From NCBI RefSeq assembly GCF_006345805.1, contig NW_021825014.1, positions 1-16,432 of the forward strand: a stretch of DNA of 16,432 bases, read 5' to 3'. A program made the position numbers and the translations under genes. Source of the DNA: Octopus sinensis (Eukaryota). Below, one piece after another: positions 1 to 11,067 of the stretch. How positions within the stretch are numbered: position 1 is the stretch's first letter; the number at the start of each line of letters is the position of its first letter. The notes under the pieces were generated by a model. That model had not been told where the DNA came from, made no database searches, and saw only the letters and a program-made list of their open reading frames with translations.

Positions 1-167
1 GGCATGGTAAAAGTTCACTTCGCATGCCCCTCCATATGCGTTCGATGTATTTTTTGTCATAGACTCGGGTCGACTTCAGATTTGTGGATGAAACCGGGGG
101 AAGTTGAAACTTGTCTGAACGATTGTGCCTATATTTGAAAGGTTCATCTTTTCCAAATTTGTTTCTG

Positions 168-270
168 CTGATTCTGTCTCATGATTTCGTTAAGCGTATA
201 CGTGTCTGTGGAATATGCAGCCACTTACATGCTAATTCGGGGAGTAGATGCTTTAGTTGGTTGATTAGCT
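168..270 (+). mobile_element. Possible old, diverged SINE 3' fragment
   Basis: CGTTAAGCGTATACGTGTCTGTGGAATATGCAGCCACTTACATGCTAATT resembles, from memory only, the 3' part of an abundant octopus SINE (…cgttaagggtacacgtgtctgtgga…cagccactt…). There is no second copy in the window to confirm it. Confidence 0.35.
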
Positions 271-375
271 GTGTATGTATGCATGATGTAGTATGTATGT
301 ATGTATGTATGCATGTATATATATCTATATATATCTATATATTTAATATGTATACATACATACAGGCATACATTC

Positions 376-406
<31 letters not shown>

Positions 407-460
407 ATATAATATGTATATATATATATATCATATATATATATATATATTATATTATAT

Positions 461-506
<46 letters not shown>

Positions 507-630
507 TATATATATATATATATATGTATACATACATACATGCATACATTCATGCATACATACACAGCTACGTATGTGTTTATGCGTACATGCACTGATG
601 TATGCAAACACATGTACATACACATACACG
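271..630. repeat. Compound microsatellite (TATG)n/(TA)n/(CATA)n
   Basis: Read directly. It generates the spurious YI/CM-rich ORFs between 111 and 815. Confidence 0.95.
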
Positions 631-833
631 TGGGTGTTGGTGCATATTTGGATTTCATTGCAACGCTTCTTAAATATTTACATATTAGGACAATACTCCT
701 GATAGCTTGTAGGTGTAAAAGTTTGAAGAGGCGTATTCTCTTATGTCTTGTACAACCTCTTCTCAACAGCAGTCACGTACCGAGTGGTGTAAAATTGCTA
801 ATAATTGCTGGATGAAATCTAAACCGATAGTCA

Positions 834-1086
834 TATATATATAATATATATATAATATATATATAGATATATATATATATATATAATATATACAAGATAA
901 GAAAACTGAAATACATCTAATAATATCAATTACAATTACCAGATAATACTCAATCACATACTTTATTATAACACCACATAAGAGACTGTAGGGTTAGATA
1001 TAAAAAGCAGAACAAATCAGTGTACTTAAAGGAATGTACTCTCTGAGTATATACAAACATACATACATACATATATATATAATATA

Positions 1087-1132
<46 letters not shown>

Positions 1133-1207
1133 ATATATATATATATATATAGATTATAATGTTACACACATACATAATATATATATATATATATTATATA
1201 TACATAC

Positions 1208-1262
<55 letters not shown>

Positions 1263-1461
1263 TATATAATATGTTATTCTAAGAAATTCCAACTCTGCAT
1301 TTTATGTTTTTTATATTCTTTATAATATTATGTATAATATAGAATATATAGTATAAAAATGTATATATAGCAGTATAATGAAATGAAGTATTGATTGTCT
1401 TATTGAATAGATAAATATTGAATATCAATATAATACATACTACATACATATATATTATACG

Positions 1462-1530
<69 letters not shown>

Positions 1531-1550
1531 GATGTATGTATGTATGTATA
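834..1550. repeat. Cluster of interrupted (TA)n/(CATA)n microsatellites (~834-892, ~1051-1270, ~1430-1550)
   Basis: Read directly; three arrays separated by short AT-rich unique DNA. Confidence 0.9.
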
Positions 1551-1960
1551 TCGTTAGTTCGGCATAAATGCTTTCTCTTACACTCTTCTTCATCATAAAC
1601 TTGACGTCTGTTATGCAACTGATTTCAAATTCTGTGCATGGTTCGTTTTCCCTCTCCTGAACCTCGATGTCTAATATGTTATGCTTGCATCTTACTTACG
1701 TATTGACAAGGACATTCCCTCAATAAAATTTTTATAATATGTGTGCTTATGCCAGTCATATCACTGTCGCTTCGTATAGTTCTAAACATGCTTCTCCTTT
1801 GTACGAATATTTTAATATAATTTTCTCGCCACGACAACGTAGCTAATATATAGATAATGCATTAATTATATTTTCGTATTTGCTCTATGTTAACTCCACA
1901 CTGCCTACATAGGTTATTGCATCTTGCTGGTGTGCCTACATCCTTATCCCTGCTCTCTGA

Positions 1961-2100
1961 TTCTTTACTCTATTACTTGTTTCAGCCATTTGATTGTTGC
2001 CATGCTGGAGTACCGCCTTTAGTCGAGCAAATCGACCCCAGGACTTACTGTTTGTAAGCCTAGTACTTATTCTATCGGTTTCTTATGCCGAACCGCTAAG
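1961..2100 (-). mobile_element. SINE family 1, 3' fragment only
   Basis: Reverse complement matches the 3' end of the copies at 7733 and 8541 (CTTAGCGGTTCGGC…ATAGAATAAGTACT…GGGGTCGATTTGCTCGACTAAAGGCGG…CCAGCATGG…GAAACAAGTAA). Confidence 0.9.
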
Positions 2101-2672
2101 TATATGTAATAAATAAATGAAGTTCTCTCGACTGTAGTGATATTTTAAGGAAGAAATAATCGCTGATTTACAACTTAAACGGAGAACCATATTGTTTTTG
2201 CTGGGTCGGGGTTGTAATTGAGGGAATAAGCATAGTAAGTATACTAGGAAATGAGAGATATTGGACTGACTTTAGTTTCTTCTCAACAAATTCAGTAACA
2301 TTGGACATATTGTAAATTATCAAAACAAAATCGTTATTAATTTTTAAAGCTATGTCCTGATCGAAAACTTTGCTGGATCTGGTGATGGATTTCCAGATTG
2401 GGTGTTCAGAAGTTTGACAGACTATGAAGAAAGCCTTTGTCTCCTACATTCTTAACTGGGGTGGTCGGACGCAACAAGGACCCCAGTTATGGATCAAGAA
2501 AATGCCCCGTAACTAAATCGTACAGAACACGGTGAAAGGCTGAACCGTATATACATCACGTGGGACCAAAAGATTGTAGACAGTCTCTGATGTCACTTCA
2601 AGCAGTCTTCTGGCGTCTTGGTTGAATTCATACATTGCTTCAAAGTTAAGTAGGTGAGAGCAGGATACTTAC

Positions 2673-3107
2673 TATTCTTTCTCTTATTCTTTTACTTGTT
2701 TCAGTCATTTGACCGGGTCCATGCTGGAGCACCGCCTTTAGTCGAGTCAATCGACCCTAGGACTTATTCTTTGTAAGCCCTGTACTTATTCTATTGGTCT
2801 CTTGCAAGAACCGCTAAGTGACGGGGGACGTAAACTCACGCGGCTCGATTGTCAAGCGATGTTGGGGAGCAAACACAAACACGCCAACACAATACACCAC
2901 ATACTATTAAATATTATAATATAATATATATATATATATATATATTACATATATACGACGGGCTTCTTTCAGTTTCCGTCTAACAAATCCACTCACGAGG
3001 CTTTGGTCGTCCCGAGGCTATAGTAAAAGACACTTGCCCAAGGTGCCACGCAGTGGAACTGAACCCGGGACCATGTGGCTGGTAAGCAAGCTAGCCACTC
3101 CTGCGCC
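2673..3107 (-). mobile_element. SINE family 1 (tRNA-derived), near full length; 11-nt deletion in the A-box region
   Basis: 5' end GGCGCAGG at 3107. B-box-like GGGTTCAGTTCC. CORE-like CACCTTGGGCAAGTGTC. Internal TA tract and A-rich tail. Colinear with the other copies. TGTGTGGTAAG is missing relative to the 8541 copy. Confidence 0.93.
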
Positions 3108-3214
3108 TAGTAGGAGAGATAACTAGTAGAGATAACTTTAAATACAGCAGAAGAAAGCAACGGGTAGAGAATAGCCATGAATGCCGACGCCTGTACTAAT
3201 ATGTGAAGAAAGAG

Positions 3215-3277
3215 AGGGAGAGAGAGAGAGGAGAGGGAGATAGAGATAGACAGAGAGAGACAGAGAGAAGGACAGAA

Positions 3278-3343
<66 letters not shown>
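3215..3343. repeat. Compound (GA)n-(TA)n-(GA)n microsatellite
   Basis: Read directly. Confidence 0.95.
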
Positions 3344-3708
3344 GAAGATGTACAACCTGCTTAGGTCTGAAGTATTGCAACATTTCAACACGTGTAATTG
3401 ACACTTAACACTTGACGTACAGAAGTCAATTGTAAAAGCATATATTTTATTTTTACAGGGGTTAATCAATTTTGTCTCGCATTCTACAATATATATTAAA
3501 TGTTTAAGACAATTTCAAGTATCTGTTCCATCGATTATAAAAAAATGTTATAAAACAAGACAGAAATGTTGGTACAGAATCATTAGTTACAGAACACCAA
3601 AATTTTTAATTTAGTGGTTTTCGTCAATGACGTTTTGTGTAGCACCTGTTTTCTTATCTACTTTATGATTAAATACGTCGAGACGTTTGACCCAGTTTAA
3701 ATTAAAAA

Positions 3709-3710
3709 CA

Positions 3711-3747
<37 letters not shown>

Positions 3748-4109
3748 ACACACCCTTACGAATCTCTTTCAGTCTCTCTCTATCTCTTTCTCTTTCTCTT
3801 TCTAACTCACTTTCCTCCTCTCTCTTTTTCTTTCGATCTCTCTGAGTATATACATACATACATACATACATATATATCTATATATACATATATAAAATAT
3901 ATATATATATACACACACATATATATGCATATATATATATATGTGTGTGTGTGTGTGGTGTAATATATATATATATATATGATGTATTTTTATCAATATA
4001 TATGTATGTATGTAGGTATGCATATATATATATATAGTATGTATATGCATATGTATATATATATATATATGTATATATATGTATATATATAATAATATAT
4101 GTATATATG

Positions 4110-4188
<79 letters not shown>

Positions 4189-4201
4189 TATATATATATA
4201 A
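3709..4201. repeat. Compound (CA)n, (CT)-rich, (CATA)n, (TG)n, (TA)n microsatellite block
   Basis: Read directly. Confidence 0.95.
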
Positions 4202-4203
4202 TG

Positions 4204-4569
4204 TTTTACCTGTTACTTATTTCACTCATCGAAGCAGTTTAGTCGAGGGAATCTACCCCAGTACTTATTTTTTAAAGTCTGGTATTTATTTTATCAACTT
4301 CATTTGCAGAGCTGCTAAGTTACGGGGACATAAACATACGAACATCTGTTGTAAGCCGTGGCGGGCGACAAACACAGACAGAAAGTCTTAGGTACATAGT
4401 TATGTAGACATATTCACAGGGCTTCTTTCAGTTTCTGTCTACCAAATCCTCTCACAAGGTCTTAATCGAGCCGAGGCTGTAATAGGGGATACTTGCTCAA
4501 GGTGCCACGCAGTGGGACTGAACTCAGAACCACGAGGCTGGGAAGTCATTTTTTTTCACCACGCAGCCA
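4204..4569 (-). mobile_element. SINE family 1, older and diverged copy
   Basis: GGGCTTCTTTCAGTTTCTGTCTACCAAATCC…AAGGTGCCACGCAGTGGGACTGAAC is colinear with the other copies but has many substitutions and a decayed internal microsatellite. Confidence 0.85.
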
Positions 4570-4749
4570 AATCGAGAAAGTGATGAAAATGAAGAAACAA
4601 TTGTCATACGGATCAAAAATTCGCAAAGCAACAATATGGTTCCCAGTTCGCTTCCATTAACAGCTGGTTGGGTAAATGTTGCCGATCGTTGTCTTGGCTT
4701 CACAATGATTTCTAAGTGTAAACTAAGGGACAGATTCTACGTGAAAGCT

Positions 4750-4779
4750 ACACACACACACACACCGCGCACACACACG

Positions 4780-4813
<34 letters not shown>

Positions 4814-4837
4814 AACGTATATGTGTGTGTACGTGCG

Positions 4838-4868
<31 letters not shown>

Positions 4869-5462
4869 CTACAAACACACGCACACACACACACATATAT
4901 ATATATGCATGTATGTATGCCATTCAGTTTATTTCCATATTCCTTGCCAATAAAGAACCTAGATCCAAAGCTCCTTCATTGGAATTTCAACATCAACAAC
5001 AGGGTATGTCTGTTTGTATATATGCATGTATGTATGTATGTATGTATGTATGTATGTATGTATGTATGTATGTATGTATGTATGTGTGTGTGTGTGAGTA
5101 TGTATGTATGTATGTATGTATGTATGTATGTATATGTACAGATTTGTATGTTTTATGTATGTATTCTCAGACATATAGTTACATATCTAGACATGCTCAT
5201 AGATATCTAAATGATAAACTTTTGGAAAGTTTTACAGATTTTTACAGTTCCAGTGATGGATTGGATCTGTAGTCTTTGTATTAGCTTTCTCTTCTCTGGT
5301 TTTGAGAAGCCTAATTTATGCATGTACATACATGTATGTATGTATGTATGTATGTATGTATGTATGTATGTATGTATGTATGTATGTATATGTGTGTGTA
5401 TGTATGTATGTATGTATGTATTTATGTATGTATGTATTTGAGTATAGATGTGTATATGTATA
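4750..5462. repeat. Microsatellite blocks: (CA)/(TA)/(TG) ~4750-4920; (TATG)n ~5020-5160 and ~5318-5462
   Basis: Read directly; separated by short unique islands. Confidence 0.92.
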
Positions 5463-5868
5463 CTTGCACACGCTTGGCAAATAATGGGTTGTGTTGCTCT
5501 CCTCTAAGCTATAAGACGACATCGCTATTCGATACAAAGAATCTATAAACTGAGAAACTGCCGAAGCAGTTGGTGAGGTCGATATAATCGGTTAAACAAT
5601 AATTCCAAGGTGCTGGCCAAACATTTGTGGACCCAAGTGGCTGTAACCGGTAAAAGAATATATATAAAATATACATATTCTTACTGCACAGAAATTTTGC
5701 AATGTACATCGACACGTACGTGAGTAGGCCTGTATGTGCGTGTGAGTACGTGTGTGGGCGTATGTTTGTCTGTCTGTGTACATATGTGTATGCCAGGCCT
5801 TCTCGATCAGAACTGATGTGAGCTCAAACACCAGAATCATCATCATCAACAACGACAGCAACAACAGT

Positions 5869-6254
5869 GGAGGCGCAATGGCCCAGTGGTTAGGGCAGCG
5901 GACTCGCGGTCGGAGAATCGCAGTTTCGCTTCCCAGACTGGGCGTTGTGTGTGTTTATTGAGCGAAAACACCTAAAGCTCCACGAGGCTCCGGCAGCGGG
6001 TGGTGGCGACCCCTGTTCTAACTCTTTCGCTCCAACTTTCTCTCACTCTTTCTTCCTGTTTCTTGTCCCCGACTTCCTACGCAACTGCTGAGCCTGGATG
6101 CGCATTCGTCCATTCGTCGATGCTCTCGGTGTCGGAGGTTGACCTGCTTTCTCTTCTGCGGGTCTTACGAATAGCAAAGAACGACGTTTCGGACTTCTCC
6201 TATCCTGCGAGCTCTGAGGCGAAGACCGTTCGCTCAACAGCAACAGCAACAACA
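5869..6254 (+). mobile_element. SINE family 2 (tRNA-derived) with a (CAA/CAG)n tail
   Basis: A box TGGCCCAGTGG (5879-5889) and degenerate B box AGTTTCGCTTCC (~5922-5933). GC-rich body. Ends in CAACAGCAACAGCAACAACA. ACAGCAACAACA occurs at both 5855-5866 and 6243-6254. Confidence 0.85.
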
Positions 6255-6865
6255 ATAACAGCTACAGCGACAACCACGACGGTGACAAGAACGATAACTC
6301 ACGTTATCAACGAACTCATTTGCCACAAAATACACACAGTCGCCACTGCATACAACAATGCGGCCCGCGTGCTGCATTTGCCCTGAATATACCGGCAGAC
6401 ATTTTATACTGGATATGACATTACCGTAGCTGTATGTTCGTTATCTTCTAGTAAAAAATAAATACGATCAATATCAGTCGGAATATATTAAATCTTATAT
6501 TTCAAGCACATATAGAGAGTTGATTATTTATATTATATACAGTTATTCAAGTGTATGCTTTCAGTGCCTCAGTTCGGCTCTGATCAAACCAAATTATGTT
6601 GATTTAATACTATCTCTCACAGCGGGATTCATCTCACACGACGATTGCCTCTCGGTATTCAGTACTTCCCAGATCATCGTCTTCTACTTTTGGAGAAAAT
6701 TATTCTACTACTTGGAGAAAAGTATTTACTGCAAGCATTCTCGACAGATTTTTCAAGTTCACTGAACTTACATAAGAAATAAACGGCCACCATATTATCT
6801 TCATCGATCCCACTTATTTGATATCAAATGTGTAGTTTCAATTCCTCCATTGACTCTTTTCCCTC

Positions 6866-7070
6866 TTTCTTATTTCTTATTTCTTTATTGCCTACAAGGG
6901 CTAAACACAGAGGGGACAAACAAGGACAGACAAAGGGATTAAGTCGATTACATCGACCCCAGTGCGTAACTGGTACTTAATTTATCGACCCAGAAATAAT
7001 GAGAGACAAAGTCGACCTCGACGGAATTTGAACTCAGAACATAACGGCAGACGAAATACCGCTAAGCATT
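6866..7070 (-). mobile_element. SINE family 3 (tRNA-derived), 5'-truncated
   Basis: Minus strand reads …GAGTTCAAATTCC (B box; 7023-7035)…GAGGTCGAC…GGGTCGATAAATTAAGTACCAG…, ending in an (AAATAAG)n tail. The A-box segment is absent. Confidence 0.85.
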
Positions 7071-7732
7071 ACCAAATTGCTCATCCGATTATCAAAATTC
7101 TTCCTTGTTTTTGGTTACTCAGTACCGATTAGAATTTCCATTCCAAATCTGAAGAAATGCACCTCCAATCTCATATACATTCCGATCGATTATGTAATCA
7201 TAAACAAGACGATTGATCTCCTAACCTCTAAACATCTACTATCTATGTTCCATTATTTTTCAAAGTCCAGCTTTGTAACCTACTATAGAAGGATATAGTC
7301 TCCACAACTTCCTGTTTTATACGCTCTGAAACAACAACCGAATGAAGCTTCTGAAAATAACCGCTTCGCCTCTTTAAATAAAAAACCATTCTCTAGGAAC
7401 TTTAGTTAGACGTCTTTAAGCCCAGCCAATCATATATTTTACACCTGTCGCTTTCTCAGTAATACCTCAACAATCACGTGACCAAAATTCCAATGGCGGA
7501 TTACCTAAAACATCTGTTGCACATCTGCAATCAATATATACTCCTTCACTTGCAAGCATTCCAGTGGTGCATACGTTGAAGAAACAACTCGCTAACCACA
7601 TGGACTTTCCAATTAGAACATTTCCAGCGTTTCGCAATGTACACCATATTAGTCTCTACGCTGCTGTTACGACAAGCTCGCGCACTCCATTCAATCTGTG
7701 CCAGAGAGTGACAATTCAATCAACATGGAATA

Positions 7733-7919
7733 GGCGCAGGAGTGGCTGTGTGGTAAGTAGCTTGCTAACCAGCCACATGGTTTCGGGTTCAGTCCCACTG
7801 CGTGGCATCTTGGGCAAGTGTCTTCTGCTATAGCCCGGGCCGACCAATGCCTTGTGAGTGGATTTGGTAGACCGAAACTGAAAGAAGCCTGTCGTATATA
7901 TGTATATTATATATATATA

Positions 7920-7964
<45 letters not shown>

Positions 7965-8197
7965 TGTGTGTGTGTATGTGTTTGGTGTGTCTGTGTTTGT
8001 CTCCCTAGCATTGCTTGACAACCGATGCTGGTGTGTTTATGTCCCCGTTACTTAGCGGTTCGGCAAAAAGAGACGATAGAATAAGTACTGGGCTTACAAA
8101 GAATAAGTCCGGGGTCGAGTTGCTCGATTGAAGGTGGTGCTCCAGCATGGCCTCAGTCAAATGACTGAAACAAGTAAAAGAGTAAAAGAGTAAAGAG
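7733..8197 (+). mobile_element. SINE family 1, full length
   Basis: GGCGCAGG start, A box TGGCTGTGTGG, B box GGGTTCAGTCCC, CORE-like TTGGGCAAGTGTC, internal (TA)n(TG)n, tail (TAAAAGAG)x2 + TAAAGAG. Confidence 0.95.
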
Positions 8198-8540
8198 TAT
8201 ATCGCATCAACTTTACTTTAGAAAGATTTAGGAATGAATTTTCATTTTTCTTTTCACTTATCAACTTCGTTATTCCTCTCTAATTATATACATGTAAACA
8301 CTTTATACAGAATTCTTTTATTAGAATAATTTAAGCGCATGCTTAGGCGCACCTGAGCGAGTACATGCATGCATTTGGAATTCCATATATCAACGTGTAC
8401 ACTGATTCTGTATATTGTCATACACTTACATTCACTTATCACATCTAAAACACAAAGTAGAGCATGTGTATCTGTTTTGAAATATCTGGGCACCCAACCC
8501 GCTATGACATGCAAAACAAGAGTTTTAATGTATATATATA

Positions 8541-8950
8541 GGCGTAGGAGTGGCTGTGTGGTAAGTAGCTTGCTTACCAACCACATGATTCCGGGTTCAG
8601 TCCCACGGCGTGGCACCTTGGGCAAGTGTCTTCTGCTATAGCGTCGGGCCGACCAAAGCCTTCTGAGTGGATTTGGTAGACGGAAAGTGAAAGAAGCCCG
8701 TCGTATATATGTATATATATATATATGTGTGTATGTATATATTTGCGTGTCTGTGTTTGTCCACCCAACATCGTTTGACAACCGATACTAGTGTGTTTAA
8801 GTTTCCGTTACTTAGCGGTTCGGCAAAAGAAACCGATAGAATAAGTACTAGGCTTACAAAGAATAAGTCCTGGGCTTAATTTGCTCGACTAAAGGCGGTG
8901 TTCCAGCATGGCCACAGTCAAATGACCGAAACAAGTATAAGAGTAAAAGG
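8541..8950 (+). mobile_element. SINE family 1, full length
   Basis: Same architecture as the 7733 copy; inserted next to a short (TA)n. Confidence 0.95.
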
Positions 8951-9431
8951 GATACATATACACACAGATGGTTGGATGGATAGCCTAATATATAGATAGA
9001 TTGCGAGAGAGAAAGAGTTTCCATAGTCTTTCCTTACTCTCTCCCACTTTTTATCTCTTTCACTCTCTTCCGTTTTCGTACATCTTTTTCACAATTATAA
9101 ATTTCTCCGTATCTCTAGGAATCTCTTGAGTTTTTCCTTCCATTTTACTTTTCTAACAGTTTGTTTACACATGTCACCCATCCAATGTTGACATTCTTAT
9201 CATTACTTACTTTAATACTTATATCCCGAGGAAAATTCTTGATAATATATTTTTTCATGAAGAACAAAATAAGTGGGTTTTATGCTTTCTTTCTTATGTT
9301 CTTTTTTTTTGTTTTCGTCTTCTTGTGAGGTCTGCTGTATGGTTCCTCCAAAGCAAATCTCCTGCGATATTCAAGCCTACAAACTTGATTATTTTACAAG
9401 CGCAATCATGTGAGAAATAATAGCGAGAAAT

Positions 9432-11034
9432 ATAGGTGTGTCGAATTTCTTTCCTCATTTTTCACAATTTTATCCACCCACTCACATCTTATCTCTCTCC
9501 TCCTCTCTCTTACTCTCCCTCAATTTCTCCCTCTCTCTCCCCCTATCCTCTTTATTTATCTTCCTATCTATCTATCTTTTTCTCTTTCTCACTTTATATA
9601 GACGTGTAAATGTTTGTGCGCGTGTGTATGTATGAGCTTTTATGATAGGTGTGTCGAATTCCTTTCCTCATTTTTCACAATTTTAGAACTCACTCAAATA
9701 TTATCTCTCTCTCCTCTCTCTTACTCTCCCTCAATTTCTCCCTCTCTCTCCCCATACCTCTTTATTTATCTTCCTATCTATCTATCTTTTTCTCTTTCTC
9801 ACTTTATATAGACGTGTAAATGTTTGTGCGCGTGTGTATGTATGAGCTTTTATGATAGGTGTGTCGAATTCCTTTCCTCATTTTTCACAATTTTAGAACT
9901 CCCACTCACATTCTTAGCTCTCCTCCTCTTCTCCACTCCCTCCATATCTCCCTCTCTCTCCCCCTATCCTCTTTATTATATTCCTATCTATCTATCTTTT
10001 TCTCTTTCTCACTTTATATAGACGTGTAAATGTTTGTGCGCGTGTGTATGTATGAGCTTTTATGATAGGTGTGTCGAATTCCTTTCCTCATTTTTCACAA
10101 TTTTAGAACTCCCACTCACATCTTATCTCTCTCCTCCTCTCTCTTACTCTCCCTCAATTTCTCCCTCTCTCTCCCCCTATCCTCTTTATTTATCTTCCTA
10201 TCTATCTATCTTTTTCTCTTTCTCACTTTATATAGACGTGTAAATGTTTGTGCGCGTGTGTATGTATGAGCTTTTATGATAGGTGTGTCGAATTCCTTTC
10301 CTCATTTTTCACAATTTTAGAACTCCCACTCACATCTTAGCTCTCTCATCCTCTCTCTCACTCTCCCTCCATATCTCCCTCTCTCTCCCCCTATCCTCTT
10401 TATTTATCTTCCTATCTATCTATCTTTTTCTCTTTCTCACTTTATATAGACGTGTAAATGTTTGTGCGCGTGTGTATGTATGAGCTTTTATGATAGGTGT
10501 GTCGAATTCCTTTCCTCATTTTTCACAATTTTAGAACTCCCACTCACATCTTATCTCTCTCCTCTCTCTTACTCTCCCTCAATTTCTCCCCTCTCTCCCC
10601 CTATCCTCTTTATTATCTTCCTATCTATCTATCTTTTTCTCTTTCTCACTTATATAGAGTGTGTAAAGTTTGTGCGCGTGTGTATGTATGAGCTTTTATG
10701 ATAGGTGTGTCGATTCCTTTCCTCATTTTCACAATTTTAGAACTCCCACTCACATCTTAGCTCTCTCCTCCTCTCTCTCACTCTCCCTCATATCTCCCCT
10801 CTCTTCCCCTATCCATCTTTATTTATCTTCCTATCTATCTATCTTTTTCTCTTTCTCACTTTATATAGACGTGTAAATGTTTGTGCGCGTGTGTATGTAT
10901 GAGCTTTTATGATAGGTGTGTCGAATTCCTTCCTCATTTTTACAATTTAGAACTCCCACTCACATCTATCTCTATCATTCTCTCTCTCACTCTCCCTCCA
11001 GATCTCCCTCTCCTCCCCTATCCTCTTTATTTAT

Positions 11035-11067
<33 letters not shown>

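Noticed and set aside
111-815. 234-aa ORF and the other YI/CV/MYVC/TH-rich ORFs throughout the window
   Set aside because: These are translations of (TA)n, (TG)n and (TATG)n, which lack stop codons in several frames. No protein-like domain is present.
1051-1270. Irregular AA/TT interruptions in (TA)n tracts as a possible pattern or code
   Set aside because: No periodicity. They are consistent with slippage or long-read consensus indel errors, which may also explain some indels in array units 7-9.
1583-2640. Protein-looking short minus-strand frames (IEVQERENEPCTEFEISCITDVKF; MYEFNQDARRLLEVTSETVYNLLVPRD)
   Set aside because: Short, unrecognised and not linkable into a consistent gene model. 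BLASTX would settle it.
5869-5945. tRNA gene (also the family-1 heads)
   Set aside because: A/B boxes are present, but there is no complete cloverleaf and the sequence continues into a SINE body and tail.
6100-6240. HDV-like or hammerhead ribozyme (CGAAT motifs, short GACC/GGTC and TGCT/AGCA pairings; CTGAGGA on the minus strand near 12215)
   Set aside because: The required P3/L3/P1.1/P4 elements, or the GAAA core, could not be built by eye. A covariance-model scan would be needed to reopen this.
6684-6726. ~21-bp imperfect tandem duplication CTAC(T/TA)…TTGGAGAAAA(T/G)TATT within ORF 6520-6765
   Set aside because: Ordinary slippage duplication; the ORF has no recognisable homology.
8284-8781. 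165-aa minus-strand ORF and similar RRHLPKVPRSGTEP ORFs
   Set aside because: Antisense SINE translation fused to flanking DNA.
9330-9409. Polypyrimidine tract, GAG acceptor and GTGAGA donor suggesting an 80-nt exon; also isolated strong acceptors at 16260 (+) and ~15960 (-)
   Set aside because: The GAG acceptor is atypical, the others lack partner sites, and such motifs are common in T-rich DNA.
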